From Eledone cirrhosa (Eukaryota): a stretch of 64,000 nt of DNA. This document shows, in pieces, positions 1 through 12,960 of this stretch; the first letter of the stretch is position 1, and each line of letters opens with the position of its first letter. The stretch lies in contig OZ024759.1 of the NCBI GenBank assembly GCA_964016885.1, forward strand, positions 6,076,001 to 6,140,000. Reading direction: 5' to 3'. The translations under genes were made by a program, and so were the position numbers. The notes beneath the pieces were generated by a model. The model did no database searches and was not told the DNA's origin. It was given only the letters and a program-made list of their open reading frames with translations.

Positions 1-232
1 GAGAATTCATTTAAGTTCATGGTATTAGCTGTCAGAAGTAACTCCACTGTTGGTGAGAATTCATTTAAGTCATGGTATTAGCTGTCAGAAGTAACTCCAT
101 TGTTGGTGAGAATTCATTTAAGTCATGGTACTAGCTGTCAGAAGTAACTCCACTGTTGGTGAGAATTCATTTAAGTTCATGGTACTAGCTGTCAGAAGTA
201 ACTCCACTGTTGGTGAGAATTCATTTAAGTTC
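1..232. repeat. Tandem repeat, 53-54 bp unit, at least 4 copies, running into an assembly gap
   Basis: GAGAATTCATTTAAGT(T)CATGGTA(T/C)TAGCTGTCAGAAGTAACTCCACTGTTGGT recurs at 1, 55, 108 and 161. Confidence 0.95.
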
Positions 233-432
233 NNNNNNNNNNNNNNNNNNNNNNNNNNNNNNNNNNNNNNNNNNNNNNNNNNNNNNNNNNNNNNNNNNNN
301 NNNNNNNNNNNNNNNNNNNNNNNNNNNNNNNNNNNNNNNNNNNNNNNNNNNNNNNNNNNNNNNNNNNNNNNNNNNNNNNNNNNNNNNNNNNNNNNNNNNN
401 NNNNNNNNNNNNNNNNNNNNNNNNNNNNNNNN
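233..432. other. Assembly gap (200 N)
   Basis: Run of N. Confidence 1.
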
Positions 433-691
433 GGGTCTTATTCAGCACAGCATCTCTCCACTCGTCACGGTCCTCCGATATATATATATATATACCATTA
501 TCATCATTACTGTTTCACATCTATTTTTTCAAGCTAGCATGGGTTAGACGTGTTGTCCTGTTGTAAACAAGTCAGACCAAGTGACCATGCCTTACTCATG
601 CAGAACTGTTTTGGGGTTGGTCTCTATGGCTGGACACCCTTCCTAACAGCAACTACAGTGTGTGTGTGAGTGTATATATATCTATATATAA

Positions 692-960
692 AGGGTAAGG
701 GTAAATACCTCCTTCGGTCACAAAAAGACCATGGGATTTGCACCTAGAAAGATCCCCATCGAGCCAGAAGTCCTGGCAAGGTTGTTTGTGGAAGACCAGC
801 AGTCACTCATGCATATCAGTCTCCCCTCTCCATGTCACTGACGTTGTCCAAGAGAAAGGCAATGGCCAATACAGCTTGGCACCAGTGACGTCACAACCCA
901 TTTCTACAGCTGAGTAAACTGGAGCAACGTGAAATAAAGTGTCTTGCTCAAGAACCGAAC
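692..960 (-). mobile_element. 5'-truncated CORE-type SINE (core plus 3' tail)
   Basis: Minus strand has TTCTTGAGCAAGACACTT (CORE-like), shared with 13604-13660, and ends in a TTACCCTTACCCTT tail. Confidence 0.6.
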
Positions 961-1351
961 TGACGACCTCTCTATTGCAAACATGGAGAGGGGAGACTGC
1001 TATGCATGGGTGACTGCTGATCTTCCACAAACAAACCTTGCCCAGGCTTGTGCTTCAGCGAGAAACTTTCTAGGTGCAAAACCCTTAGTGACCAATGGTG
1101 GGGCGCTAAGATAAGATATATATATATAAAATGAAATTTACAGTGTACACCTATACATGTTTAGTTTGACCTGCTTTAAGGGGGCTTCTCCAGTGTTTTA
1201 ATGATAGGGACCCCACTGCTATCACAAAAGGCAACGTGAACCGACTTGGTCAAGAATGCCACATGTTGCCTGGCTCCAGGAATCTAACCCATGACCTTGT
1301 GACCAACAATCCAATGCCCTAACCACTAGAACACCTTCACTATATAGATAT

Positions 1352-1551
1352 ATAAGTATAAAGAAAGTGCTCATGTGCAAAAATGTTATAAAGATAGCTT
1401 ATAAAATAGGGTGAACACCCTTAAAAGACAGAAAAAGAAGTTGCCATCAGCTGCTATGAGGGATTGAACCCCATATCTTCCAGATATCTTCACCCTATTT
1501 TATAAGCTATCCTTATAGCATTTCTGCGCATGAGCACTTTCTTTATACTTA
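1352..1551. mobile_element. MITE-like foldback element with ~63-bp terminal inverted repeats
   Basis: TAAGTATAAAGAAAGTGCTCATG...ATAAAATAGGGTGAA is mirrored by TTCACCCTATTTTAT...CATGAGCACTTTCTTTATACTTA. Confidence 0.7.
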
Positions 1552-2007
1552 TCATCATCATCATCGTTTAACATCTATCTTCCACACTAGCATGGGTTTA
1601 GACGGGAATTGTCCCACGTAAGGCCAGATTGGTTGTCTCACTCGTATAGGACTGTCTGGCAGGTTTTCTACGGCTGGATGCCCTTCCTAACACCAACCAC
1701 ATTCACAGTGTGGACTGGGAGGTTTTTACCGTGTTACCTACACAGCCACATTACAACGTGGACTGTGTGTTTTTTTTTTTGTTGTGACACCTACACGATC
1801 TCATTAGGACTGGATGTTGTGGTACCAACATAAATTTTACAGAGAAGGAGGGGGGGGCGTAGATGAGGGGGGGTAGTGGGATGGGGGTGTATTTTTGGTT
1901 AAGAGATGCCTACTGACTGTATATATGTTTTTCATATATATGTGTGTGTGTCCATGGTTAATAATAAAGTGAGTCATCATCATGTGTGTCTGTGTGTTCA
2001 TATAGAC

Positions 2008-2348
2008 CAGAGGTTCTCACACTTTTCAGGCGCCCCTCCCCCTTCCAGCCACATAATACCCCAGCAACCCCCACCCCTTCCAGACAGACCTACCTACACA
2101 CGAATTGTAATATATAATAAATAAAATTGTTAATTTATATATAATAAATAATATAATATATACTGTCTAAATAAATATATATATTCTTTTTATTTTCCTA
2201 TATTTATATATATATGTACCTTTTGATATTTAATATACTTTTATATCATCTCTACCACCCAGCCCCCTTAAGCGCCAGCGTCCCCCCTGGACCTTCTCAA
2301 TGTCCCCCCCCGGGGGGGGGGGAGTAACGCCCACTTTGAGAACCCCTG
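2008..2348. mobile_element. Non-autonomous hAT(Charlie)-like MITE
   Basis: Termini CAGAGGTTCTCACA ... TTTGAGAACCCCTG match the CAGGGGTTCTCAAA TIR type. The 8-bp TSD is only partly preserved. Confidence 0.65.
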
Positions 2349-2411
2349 ATATCATATTTGCCACAAGGGTGATGGATGAGGGATTCATTAGAAAGACGAC
2401 GAGTTTTAATT

Positions 2412-2800
2412 TAGGTACATGACCAGCAAATTTTGGATGAAGGGGAAGTCGATTAAACCTCAGTACCTTACTGAGACCCTAGTTTATAGACTTATCCCGG
2501 AAGGGTAAAAAGTTGACCCTACCCCCAGTACTTTACTGACACCCTAGTTTATAGACTTACCCCGGAATGGTGAAAAGTTGACCCTACCCCCAACACCTTA
2601 CTGACACTCTAGTTTATCGACTTACCCCGGAATGGTGAAAAGTTGACTCTACCCCCAGTACTTTACTGACACTCTAGTTTATCGACTTACACCGGAAGGG
2701 GGCAAAATTGACTCTACCGAGATTTCAACTCAGAAGATAGACTGTCGTAACTAAATATCATAAAGCACTTTGTCCAACACTCTACCGATTCTGGCAACCC
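2412..2800 (-). mobile_element. Deu/Nin-domain tRNA-derived SINE with four internal 65-bp tandem copies
   Basis: Reverse-complement homolog of 2830-3045. TTACTGA recurs at 2468, 2533, 2598 and 2663. Confidence 0.7.
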
Positions 2801-2829
2801 CCCTCCCCAACCTCTTAGACATCATTATT

Positions 2830-3045
2830 GTGGATTGGTAGACTCAGTAGAGCGTCCAACAACATGCTTAGCGGTATAGGGTTACGGCCCTTTACGTTCT
2901 CAGTTCAAATCCCGTCAAGGTTAGCTTTGCCTTTCATCCTTACGAAGTCGATAAAATAAAGTACCAGTAATGCACTGGTGTCGATTTAAGCGACTTTCTC
3001 TTCCCACCAATATTGTTGGCCTTGTGCCTGAATTAGAAACAATTA
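2830..3045 (+). mobile_element. Deu/Nin-domain tRNA-derived SINE
   Basis: tRNA-like head (B box GTTCAAATCC) and central GCCTTTCATCCTTACGAAGTCGATAAAATAAAGTACCAG, resembling the DeuSINE/Nin domain. Other copies at 13050-13175, 13437-13910 and 25571-25760. Confidence 0.8.
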
Positions 3046-3327
3046 ACAATAATAAATGAAATATATATATTTAGGTTTGTTGGTTCACCACTGGATAGAA
3101 CTGGTCATTCCGTATAGTCAACCTTGATGTAATATTAGGGAGTGCCCGGACTAGCAACTGTTAATTTTGGGCCGCCTTCTCGTCTTGGGCATCTCTCTCT
3201 GCTTTTCAGCCCTTTCGATTGTGTCTATTATTATAGTCTTTTGCTGAAGAGGACCCGTCCCACCCTTGCAAGCAGGGAAAAGCGGACGTAAATGATGATG
3301 TGTGTGGGTGTGTGTAAAGAATCTTAC

Positions 3328-3711
3328 CTTGCCAACCAGCTTGCTTCCTGCATCGCCCATGGCCGTTTTCAACGCCACGCCGGCAGCAATTCCAACTTCG
3401 GCTATAAGGTTGTGTCCACAGGCGTGTCCAATATCTGGTAGAGCATCGTACTCGCACATGATGGCGATGTGTGGACCTTTCCCTGCGCCGGTTGTTTCAA
3501 ATGTCGCCCGAAACGCTGTGGGAATTATATATTTTCTTTCAACTATGAGGCCATAATTCTCCAGAAAATCCGTCAATATATCATGAGCCTTGAACTCTTT
3601 AAACCCTAACTCAGGGTTTGTCCATATCTCTTTGCTAATGTCGGCGAGTTCTTGGGCGAAAATCTCATTAGTAAATATATCATGTACGAGAGCTTTAACG
3701 TCAATTTCCAT
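3328..3711 (-). CDS. PM20D2: Peptidase M20 domain-containing protein 2 (Xaa-Arg dipeptidase / ACY1L2), first coding exon (128 codons)
   Basis: Motifs IWTNPELGFKEFKAH, PTAFRA and EYDALPDIGHACGHNLIA are typical of the M20D/AbgB-like family. AAG|GTAAGA phase-0 donor at 3327; the ORF read-through past it is intronic. Confidence 0.92.
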
Positions 3712-3960
3712 TGTTGTTATTGTTTAAATATATTTAAATATAAATAAATATATACACTATATATAATGTTGTATAATATCAAGTATTGTTTGATATGGTG
3801 TCGTCAACAGTAATTCTTTTTTTTTTTAAATATGTACAGTGTAGGATATCCAGGTAAGAAAGATGTGAGGACACGTCCTGCCTTAGGGGTGGCAGTAGCC
3901 CTGATTGAGTGCTTACTTAGTCTCTGACAACCCGCCCAGCCTAGCGGACGATAAACGATG

Positions 3961-3962
<2 letters not shown>

Positions 3963-3995
<33 letters not shown>

Positions 3996-4477
3996 GTGTG
4001 TTATTTAAGTATAAGTAGGAAGGTAATATGGGAGATATTTAGTGTGGTTTATTTATTCATCTATGTAAATAATATATCTTCTATCTGTTATATAGATATG
4101 TATATACACGATCTCTTAAAGGTGTATCTATCTACTTCTATCACATGTATATATGTAGGTGTGTATATATCTACCTCTCTCTCTATATATATATATGTGT
4201 GTATATATGTATGTCTATACCTATATATATATGTATGTTTATATCTCTCTCTATATATATATATAAGTGTGTATATATGTATGTCTATATCTCTCTATAT
4301 ATGTATGTCTATATCTCTATATATATATATATATCTATATGTGTGTATATATGTATGTCTATATCTCTCTATATTTATATGTATGTCTATATCTATCTCT
4401 CTCTCTATATATATGTGTGTGTATATATGTATGTCTATATCTCTCTCTATATATATGTATGTCTATATCTCTCTCTC

Positions 4478-4508
<31 letters not shown>

Positions 4509-4555
4509 ATATATGTATGTCTATATCTCTCTATATATATGTATGTCTATATCTA

Positions 4556-4586
<31 letters not shown>

Positions 4587-4675
4587 GTGTGTGTGTGTAT
4601 ATATGTATGTCTATATCTCTATATATATGTGTGTGTATATATGTATGTCTATATCTCTATATATATGTGTGTGTT
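3963..4675. repeat. Compound (TA)n/(TC)n/(TG)n microsatellite with a ~40-bp superperiod
   Basis: Low-complexity tract that generates spurious Y/I/C/M-rich ORFs. Confidence 0.9.
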
Positions 4676-4941
4676 TAAGTCCTATGTTCGTCCTCTGAAA
4701 CCCCCAAGAAAGCTGACCTCCGTTCAAACTTATTACATAATCAACACTTAAAACAAATTGACAGTAATGTTCCTGGGGATGTTTTTTAAAGGGGGCCAAA
4801 CCAAAAACTAATATCTATGATGACCAAAATAACAACAACGAAGGAAAATGAGGAGTAAACTGAAATAACAGCAACAGCAACAACAACTTAAACGGCTTTT
4901 TAAGGAAATTATTGAAAATTAAAGAAAAATAACAGGGAGGA

Positions 4942-4980
<39 letters not shown>

Positions 4981-5400
4981 AGGTGTATATATATATAATA
5001 TAAGGTGTATATATATATAATATAAGGTGTATATATATATATAATCTAAGGTGTATATATATATAATATAAGGTGTGTATATATATATATATATAATCTA
5101 AGGTGTATATATATATATATATATAATCTAAGGTGTATATATATAATATAAGGTGTGTATATATATATATAATCTAAGGTGTATATATATATAATCTAAG
5201 GTGTATATATATAATATAAAGTGTATATATATATATATAATTGTTTCTACTTTTGGCACAAAGCCAACAATTATTCCAGTGTATTACTGGTACTTATAAT
5301 CTAAGGTGTTTATATATATATATAAGGTGTGTATATATATATAATATAAGGTGTATATATAATATAAGATGTATATATATATATAATTTAAGGTGTATAT
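4942..5400. repeat. (TA)n-AAGGTG minisatellite
   Basis: Recurrent ATAA(T/C)(A/C)TAAGGTGTATATATAT units. Confidence 0.85.
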
Positions 5401-6363
5401 AGATGTATCTACTGTTCACTTTAAACAAGGTTTTAAATTATTCTATAAACAAGTTATTATCGGAATAAAGTAATTATAATTGTTGTGTTAAGAGGAGAAA
5501 AAGAGGGTGGTGTAGAGAAGTTGTGGTGCTTATGCCTCTCCGGGAAGCTTACGGTGATCACAACGTAGTAAAGGGATGTATTTCCAACCGGGATGAGAAG
5601 ACTAGACTAATTAGTTACTCCAATCAATAATTAATGAATTGTTCCCTTATATATATAACACATAAACATTTGTGGAGCGAGAAACGTGGGAATGTTTAGT
5701 GGTGGAGAAGATAAAATAGGAGGTAGTGACAATCATGCCTTTCCAGCCACAGAGGTGTGTAAATTGAAATGAAATGAAATAAAAAGGAGTTGAAGTTGAA
5801 TAGAAAGTGGTTTAGGGTTGGAGTGTTGTTACATATAATAGACAATAATAAACAGTTTGGAGATAAAGGGAGTAACAATGAAGTGGTGGGTCCTGTTGTA
5901 TAGTTATATGTATGTATATTATATTAAAGATACTTAACTACACATCCTCAGCCTTTGTCGGAGAGCATATATATATTTAAAGGTATATATATATTTATAA
6001 ATATATATAATACACGTATATGTATATTTATATATATGTATATATATATATATATAAAGTCGTTATCTGAATATCACCAGTCTTATGTGGGGGTGTATAT
6101 ATATATTATACATACATATCTAAATGTATAAATATATTTTGAGTGTCTTAACTGACCATTTTTTAGTTTTTATCTGCGATGAACTCAGCGTTTATAGAAA
6201 CACAGGACAGAAAGTTTAAAAGATGTCAGGATTCGTTCGTTAAAAGTTTGAAAATATTCCGATCCTTTTGGGAGATTTTTTTTTTCGTGTTGTGGGGAGA
6301 TATTGTTGGGGTTTTTTAGCGATCTTTTTTTCTTTTCTAAATATATATATATATATATATATT

Positions 6364-6397
<34 letters not shown>

Positions 6398-6469
6398 ATT
6401 ATTAAACTCCCCCAAACCTAAGACAAAAAGTGAAAGCCGGTGTTTTTAAAATATTGTCCCCTCTCTTAA

Positions 6470-9460
6470 TTTACACCAACTTCTCCATCGATCCATGAAG
6501 ACATGAAAAACATTCCCACCACACGCTTGAAATCGCGCAAATCATTTTGGGAATCTATTAAAACCCTTCAGGACAATAATTTCTGTAGCAAGAGTGGCGA
6601 AGATCGTGGAATGAGTCCAAATTTGCGAACCAAGACCTCGTCCAGGATCCCACATCTAAACCAGACGGCTTTGACCTTCCCAGAAATCAATGGACGTCCT
6701 TTGATCAGATCCACACAACAGAGGTCAGGACAGCCCATCATCTCCATTGATGGGAAATGAAAGAGAGCCAACCATGTGGCTGTGGGGTCCCTGACTAGAC
6801 AGTACTACATGTGGTTGTGGGGTCCCTGACTAGACAGTACTACATGTGGTTGTGGGGAACCTGACCAGACAGTACTACATGTGACTGTGGGGTCCCTGAC
6901 CAGACAGTACTACATGTGACTGTGGGGTCCCTGACCAGACAGTACTACATGTGACTGTGGCGACCCTGACCAGACAGTACTACATGTGGCTGTGGGATCC
7001 CTGACTAGACAGTACTACATGTGACTGTGGGGTCCCTGACCAGACAGTACTACATGTGGCTGTGGGGTCCCTGACCAGACAGTACTACATGTGACTGTGG
7101 GGTCCCTGACCAGACAGTACTACATGTGACTGTGGGGACCCTGACCAGACAGTACTACATGTGACTGTGGCGACTCTGACTAGACAGTACTACATGTGGA
7201 TGTGGGGTCCCTGACCAGACCTGACCAGACAGTACTACATGTGACTGTGGGGTCCCTGACCAGACAGTACTACATGTGACTGTGGCGACCCTGACTAGAC
7301 AGTACTACATGTGGATGTGGGGTCCCTGACTAGACAGTACTACATGTGGATGTGGGGTCCCTGACTAGACAGTACTACATGTGGCTGTGGGGTCCCTGAC
7401 CAGACAGTACTACATGTGACTGTGGGGTCCCTTACCAGACAGTACTACATGTGGCTGTGGGGTCCCTGACCAGACAGTACTACATGTGACTGTGGCGACC
7501 CTGACTAGACAGTACTACATGTGGATGTGGGGTCCCTGACCAGACCTGACCAGACAGTACTACATGTGACTGTGGGGTCCCTGACCAGACAGTACTACAT
7601 GTGACTGTGGGGTCCCTGACCAGACAGTACTACATGTGACTGTGGGGTCCCTGACCAGACAGTACTACATGTGACTGTGGCGACCCTGACCAGACAGTAC
7701 TACATGTGGCTGTGGGATCCCTGACTAGACAGTACTACATGTGACTGTGGGGTCCCTGACCAGACAGTACTACATGTGATGTGGGGTCCCTGACCAGACA
7801 GTACTACATGTGACTGTGGGGTCCCTGACCAGACAGTACTACATGTGACTGTGGGGACCCTGACCAGACAGTACTACATGTGACTGTGGCGACTCTGACT
7901 AGACAGTACTACATGTGGATGTGGGGTCCCTGACCAGACCTGACCAGACAGTACTACATGTGACTGTGGGGTCCCTGACCAGACAGTACTACATGTGACT
8001 GTGGCGACCCTGACTAGACAGTACTACATGTGGATGTGGGGTCCCTGACTAGACAGTACTACATGTGGATGTGGGGTCCCTGACTAGACAGTACTACATG
8101 TGGCTGTGGGGTCCCTGACCAGACAGTACTACATGTGACTCTGGCGACTCTGACTAGACAGTACTACATGTGACTGTGGGGTCCCTGACCAGACAGTACT
8201 ACATGTGACTGTGGGGTCCCTGACCAGACAGTACTACATGTGGCTGTGGGGTCCCTGACCAGACAGTACTACATGTGACTGTGGCGACCCTGACTAGACA
8301 GTACTACATGTGGATGTGGGGTCCCTGACCAGACCTGACCAGACAGTACTACATGTGACTGTGGGGTCCCTGACCAGACAGTACTACATGTGACTGTGGG
8401 GTCCCTGACCAGACAGTACTACATGTGGCTGTGGGGTCCCTGACCAGACAGTACTACATGTGACTGTGGCGACCCTGACTAGACAGTACTACATGTGGAT
8501 GTGGGGTCCCTGACCAGACCTGACCAGACAGTACTACATGTGACTGTGGGGTCCCTGACCAGACAGTACTACATGTGACTGTGGGGTCCCTGACCAGACA
8601 GTACTACATGTGACTGTGGGGTCCCTGACCAGACAGTACTACATGTGACTGTGGCGACTCTGACTAGACAGTACTACATGTGACTGTGGGGTCCCTGACC
8701 AGACAGTACTACATGTGACTGTGGGGTCCCTGACCAGACAGTACTACATGTGACTGTGGCGACTCTGACTAGACAGTACTACATGTGACTGTGGGGTCCC
8801 TGACCAGACAGTACTACATGTGGCTGTGGGGTCCCTGACTAGACAGTACTACATGTGACTGTGGGGTCCCTGACCAGACAGTACTACATGTGGCTGTGGG
8901 GTCCCTGACTAGACAGTACTACATGTGGATGTGGGGTCCCTGACTAGACAGTACTACATGTGGCTGTGGGGTCCCTGACCAGACAGTACTACATGTGACT
9001 GTGGCGACTCTGACTAGACAGTACTACATGTGACTGTGGGGTCCCTGACCAGACAGTACTACATGTGACTGTGGGGACCCTGACCAGACAGTACTACATG
9101 TTACTGTGGGGTCCCTGACTAGACAGTACTACATGTTACTGTGGGGTCCCTGACTAGACAGTACTACATGTGGCTGTGGGGACCCTGACTAGACAGTCCT
9201 ACATGTGGCTGTGGGGACCCTGACCAGACAGTACTACATGTGGCTGTGGGGACCCTGACCAGACAGTACTACATGTGACTGTGGGGACCCTAACCAGACA
9301 GTACTACATGTTACTGTGGGGACCCTAACCAGACAGTACTACATGTTACTGTGGGGACCCTAACCAGACAGTACTGGATGTTGTTTGGGGATTGTCCTCT
9401 CAGACATTTTCCCGGCTGCCTGGAGGCAATCCAAAATGCTGTAAATTATGCCTTGGTCTG
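6470..9460 (+). mobile_element. Degenerate non-LTR retrotransposon 3' end (C-terminal Cys/His knuckle region), split by a minisatellite
   Basis: RLKSRKSF before the array, CDCGVPDQTVLH within it and DCPLRHFPG..IQNAVNYALV after it fit a LINE ORF2 C-terminus. Confidence 0.6.
6774..9376 (+). repeat. 35-bp minisatellite, ~74 copies
   Basis: Unit GTGACTGTGGGGTCCCTGACCAGACAGTACTACAT, with recurrent variants (GGCGACTC; duplicated CTGACCAGAC). Confidence 0.97.
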
Positions 9461-9670
9461 TCTCTCTAACTATTGTGACACCTTGGTCTGGCTCTCTAAC
9501 TATTGTGACACCTTGGTCTGGCTCACCTGTCTCTCTAACTATTGTGACACCTTGGTCTGTCTCTCTCACTAGTGTGACACCTTGGTCTGGCTCACCTGTC
9601 TCTCTAACTATTGTGACACCTTGGTCTGTCTCTCTCACTAGTGTGACACCTTGGTCTGGCTCACCTGTCT
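9449..9670 (+). repeat. 30-39 bp minisatellite, ~6 copies
   Basis: CCTTGGTCTG(GCTCACCTG)TCTCTCTAACTATTGTGACA repeated. Confidence 0.9.
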
Positions 9671-10370
9671 CGTCCTGTCTCTCTATTGAGCATATGTCAT
9701 ACGACAAGAAGAATCAATCCATTCATACATTCTCTTTATTTCTACATGTATAGCTCAGGCTGTAAATGTAGTTGTGTAGGTGTTTAGCTGTATTCTATAT
9801 TAGTAGCAGGGATTACATCCTTAAAGAAGATATAGAGGTAAGGCTGTATGTTTACGTTTCATGGTTGCGGAAAAGATCAGAAGGCATAGCTAAACATAAT
9901 AAAGATTTATTTTTGCTTGACATGAATGCATGTACAAAGGGCGTGAAGTGGTACAAAGATCCTGTATAACAAAGCTGACATGTAATGGCAAATCTCTTAA
10001 TGGTAAGTACTTTAGAACCAAGTTGTCGGTTACAGTAAATGTCCTAAAAGCTGTATAACTACTCATTGTTAGAGAGCAAAGTGACAGGAGTAGGGAAGCC
10101 ATTACGGGCTGCTGGTGTTGACAAAATGCAAGGCGTAACTGCTAGGTAGTTTTGAAAGATGGTGCATTGACCGGGAAAGCCATTTGTAAGTTGCTGGTGT
10201 CGACAAAAAGCAAAAAGCAACTGCTAGCTAGAACTGAAAAAAGGCGCGAAGCAAGTGCTGGGCGGAAGTCATCTTTTGTATTCATACACCACCAACCCTA
10301 AGGGCTGGCGAGTGACAAAGCACGACCAAATTACTCTGCAGCCATAAAATAGTGCCATTGCTTGCTACAG

Positions 10371-11243
10371 GTCACGACTCAAAACACACAGTCCACACTG
10401 TAAATGTGGTCGTGTAAGTGTCACGACTAAAAGCACCTAGTCCACACTGTAAATGTGGTCGTGTAAGTGTCACGACTAAAAGCACCTAGTCCACACTGTA
10501 AATGTGGTCGTGTAAGTGTCACGACTAAAAGCACCTAGTCCACACTGTAAATGTGGTCGTGTAAGTGTCACGACTAAAAGCACCTAGTCCACACTGTAAA
10601 TGAGGTCGTGTAAGTGTCACGACTAAAAGCACCTAGTCCACACTGTAAATGAAGTCGTGTAAGTGTCACAACTAAAAGCACCTAGTCCACACTGTAAGTG
10701 AAGTCGTGTAAGTGTCACGACTAAAAGCACCTAGTCCACACTGTAAATGAGGTCGTGTAAGTGTCACGACTAAAAGCACCTAGTCCACACTGTAAATGAA
10801 GTCGTGTAAGTGTCACAACTAAAAGCACCTAGTCCACACTGTAAATGAGGTCGTGTAAGTGTCACGACTAAAAGCACCTAGTCCACACTGTAAATGAGGT
10901 CGTGTAAGTGTCACGACTAAAAGCACCTAGTCCACACTGTAAATGAGGTCGTGTAAGTGTCACGACTAAAAGCACCTAGTCCACACTGTAAATGTGGTCG
11001 TGTAAGTGTCACGACTAAAAGCACCTAGTCCACACTGTAAATGAGGTCGTGTAAGTGTCACGACTAAAAGCACCTAGTCCACACTGTAAATGAGGTCGTG
11101 TAAGTGTCACGACTAAAAGCACCTAGTCCACACTGTAAATGAGGTCGTGTAAGTGTCACGACTAAAAGCACCTAGTCCACACTGTAAATGAGGTCGTGTA
11201 AGTGTCACGACTAAAAGCACCTAGTCCACACTGTAAATGAGGT
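10371..11243 (+). repeat. 49-bp minisatellite, ~18 copies, inside a SINE/RTE-tail-type element
   Basis: Unit CACCTAGTCCACACTGTAAATG(A/T)GGTCGTGTAAGTGTCACGACTAAAAG. The flank 11243-11398 continues into the element seen in reverse at 1551-1790. Confidence 0.95.
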
Positions 11244-11569
11244 TGGTGCTAGGAAGGATATCTAGTCATAGAAAACCAGCCAGAAACAGTCCTTTATGAG
11301 CAAGACACAGTCACCCAACCCAATTTACCTCTAATGGGACAAACCTGTCTAACCCATGCTAGCATGGAAAATAGACATTAAACGATGATGATGATGATTT
11401 AGCAAAGTTAAAAAATATATAACTCACTTTGTATGTGGAGAGTTATATATAATAGTATATTATGAAACAAAAAGTTCCTACTAAGGACTGAACACAAGAA
11501 AATCAAATTTCCACCTTCGTCACCTCCATCTCTCCCGGTCTCCTCATCTCTCACTATTATAAGTAAATG

Positions 11570-12960
11570 GGGTCCCACACAGTAGCCAACTCCCTGCTGA
11601 TGGTGGCAAGTAGGCAGGTAGTCCTAAGCCAAGGACACCAGTATTCTCCACTGCCATGGACTTGACCACAAACCTGTCGGAGATATTTGGAGAGTTTGCC
11701 CTCCTTGGCCCAAAATGCAGCAGAACCTTGATTAGTCACAGACTGCATAGGTTGCCACTGGAGAAAGTGTTGCTGCATGTGGCATCACACTGCAGAATGG
11801 CAAGATGGTCTTGCCGTCTGGCCCTTTGCCATCCCCTCAGTTCAGCTCTGCCAGCTCAAGTTGAGAGAGGCAGCCTACAGCATCTAAACCATGCTTTAGG
11901 AACTCATTGAGAGCAGCATGGCATAGAAGATGGCCAGCGAGTGGAGGTCGTAAGAGTCTACAGTGGATCCACAGTGACATTTGTATAACTCACAGATCTG
12001 GAGACCAAGCCTCAAGGAAACCCTGATTTGCAGATGAGGGTAAGGTATTGAGCCACGCATCGCTGTGGGGTTGTAAGGCCGAGCAAAAACAATCGAAGCA
12101 GTGCTGCTCGAACTGGCGCACTAGCCTGTCCGAGACCATGTCGCACTAGCCTGTCCAAGGCAATGTCGCACTAGCCTGTCCGAGGCAATGTCGCACTAGC
12201 CTGTCCAAGACCATGTCGCACTAGCCTGTCCAAGGCAATGTTGCACCAGCCTGTCCGAGGCAATGTCGCACTAGCCTGTCCAAGACAATGTCGCACTAGC
12301 CTGTCTGAGGCAATGTCGCACTAGCCTGTCCGAGGCAATGTCGCACTAGCCTGTCCAAGACAATGTCGCACTAGCCTGTCTGAGGCAATGTCGCACTAGT
12401 CTGTCCGAGGCAATGTCGCACTAGCCTTCCGAGACCATGTCGCACTAGCCTGTCCGAGACCATGTCGCACTAGTCTGTCCGAGACCATGTCGCACTAGTC
12501 TGTCCAAGGCAATGTCACACTAGCCTTCCGAGGCAATGTCACACTAGCCTGTCCGAGACCATGTCGCACTAGTCTGTCCGAGACCATGTCGCACTAGTCT
12601 GTCCAAGGCAATGTCACACTAGCCTTCCGAGACCATGTCACACTAGCCTTCCGAGGCAATGTCGCACTAGCCTGTCCAAGACCATGTCACACTGGATGGC
12701 ATCCCATATGCTCTGGGTGGAATTTGACATGGGGAAGAGGAGGATGGACGTCCACTGAGTGGACTCTGAACCATGTCTTGCAGGCAGCCTCACATTCCTC
12801 AATCACAGTGGGTTCTGTTGTATTGTGGAGAACCCCGTTGATGAGGACATGGAAAGAGGTTACCAATGAAAGGAACACTGGCAAAGCCAGCGAGATTGGA
12901 GACGAAGGCCACTGTTTCTGATGGGTAAGGTGGCCTGTTGCCATCCATTGCCAAACAGTT
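11570..12960 (-). mobile_element. Degenerate CRE-like non-LTR retrotransposon, C-terminal zinc finger plus restriction-like endonuclease region
   Basis: Manual minus-strand translation across frameshifts gives DAWLNTLP, LRLGLQICELYKCHCGS, HAALNEFL, GDGKGPDGKTILPF, DATC and MAVENTGVLG. Confidence 0.65.
12116..12692. repeat. 25-bp minisatellite, ~23 copies, inside the CRE-like element
   Basis: Unit ATGTCGCACTAGCCTGTCCGAG(GCA/ACC). Confidence 0.95.

Noticed and set aside
125-566. ORFs spanning the N run
   Set aside because: Artefacts of the assembly gap.
2830-2920. tRNA-like heads (also 13660-13738 and 25571-25660)
   Set aside because: No complete cloverleaf, and they continue into SINE bodies.
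3151-3327. C-terminal extension of the 186-aa PM20D2 ORF
   Set aside because: It lies past a strong GTAAGA donor and reads through repeat-derived intron sequence.
3815-3860. Plus-strand AG...CAG|GTAAG as a possible non-coding exon of ANAPC1 from a shared promoter
   Set aside because: Splice-like motifs alone are insufficient without transcript data, and it is 22 kb from the ATG.
3996-4751. Long Y/I/C/M/V-rich ORFs (also near 14.2-16.1 kb, 17.0-17.5 kb and 25.8-26.1 kb)
   Set aside because: They are translations of microsatellite or purine-rich low-complexity tracts.
5925-5965. CTGAGGA on the minus strand, and CTGAAGA at 3244, as further hammerheads
   Set aside because: No properly placed helix II, GAAA and NUH with a closing helix I.
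6774-12692. CRISPR-like appearance of the 35-, 49- and 25-bp arrays
   Set aside because: Units are head-to-tail with no unique spacers, there are no cas genes, and the context is eukaryotic.
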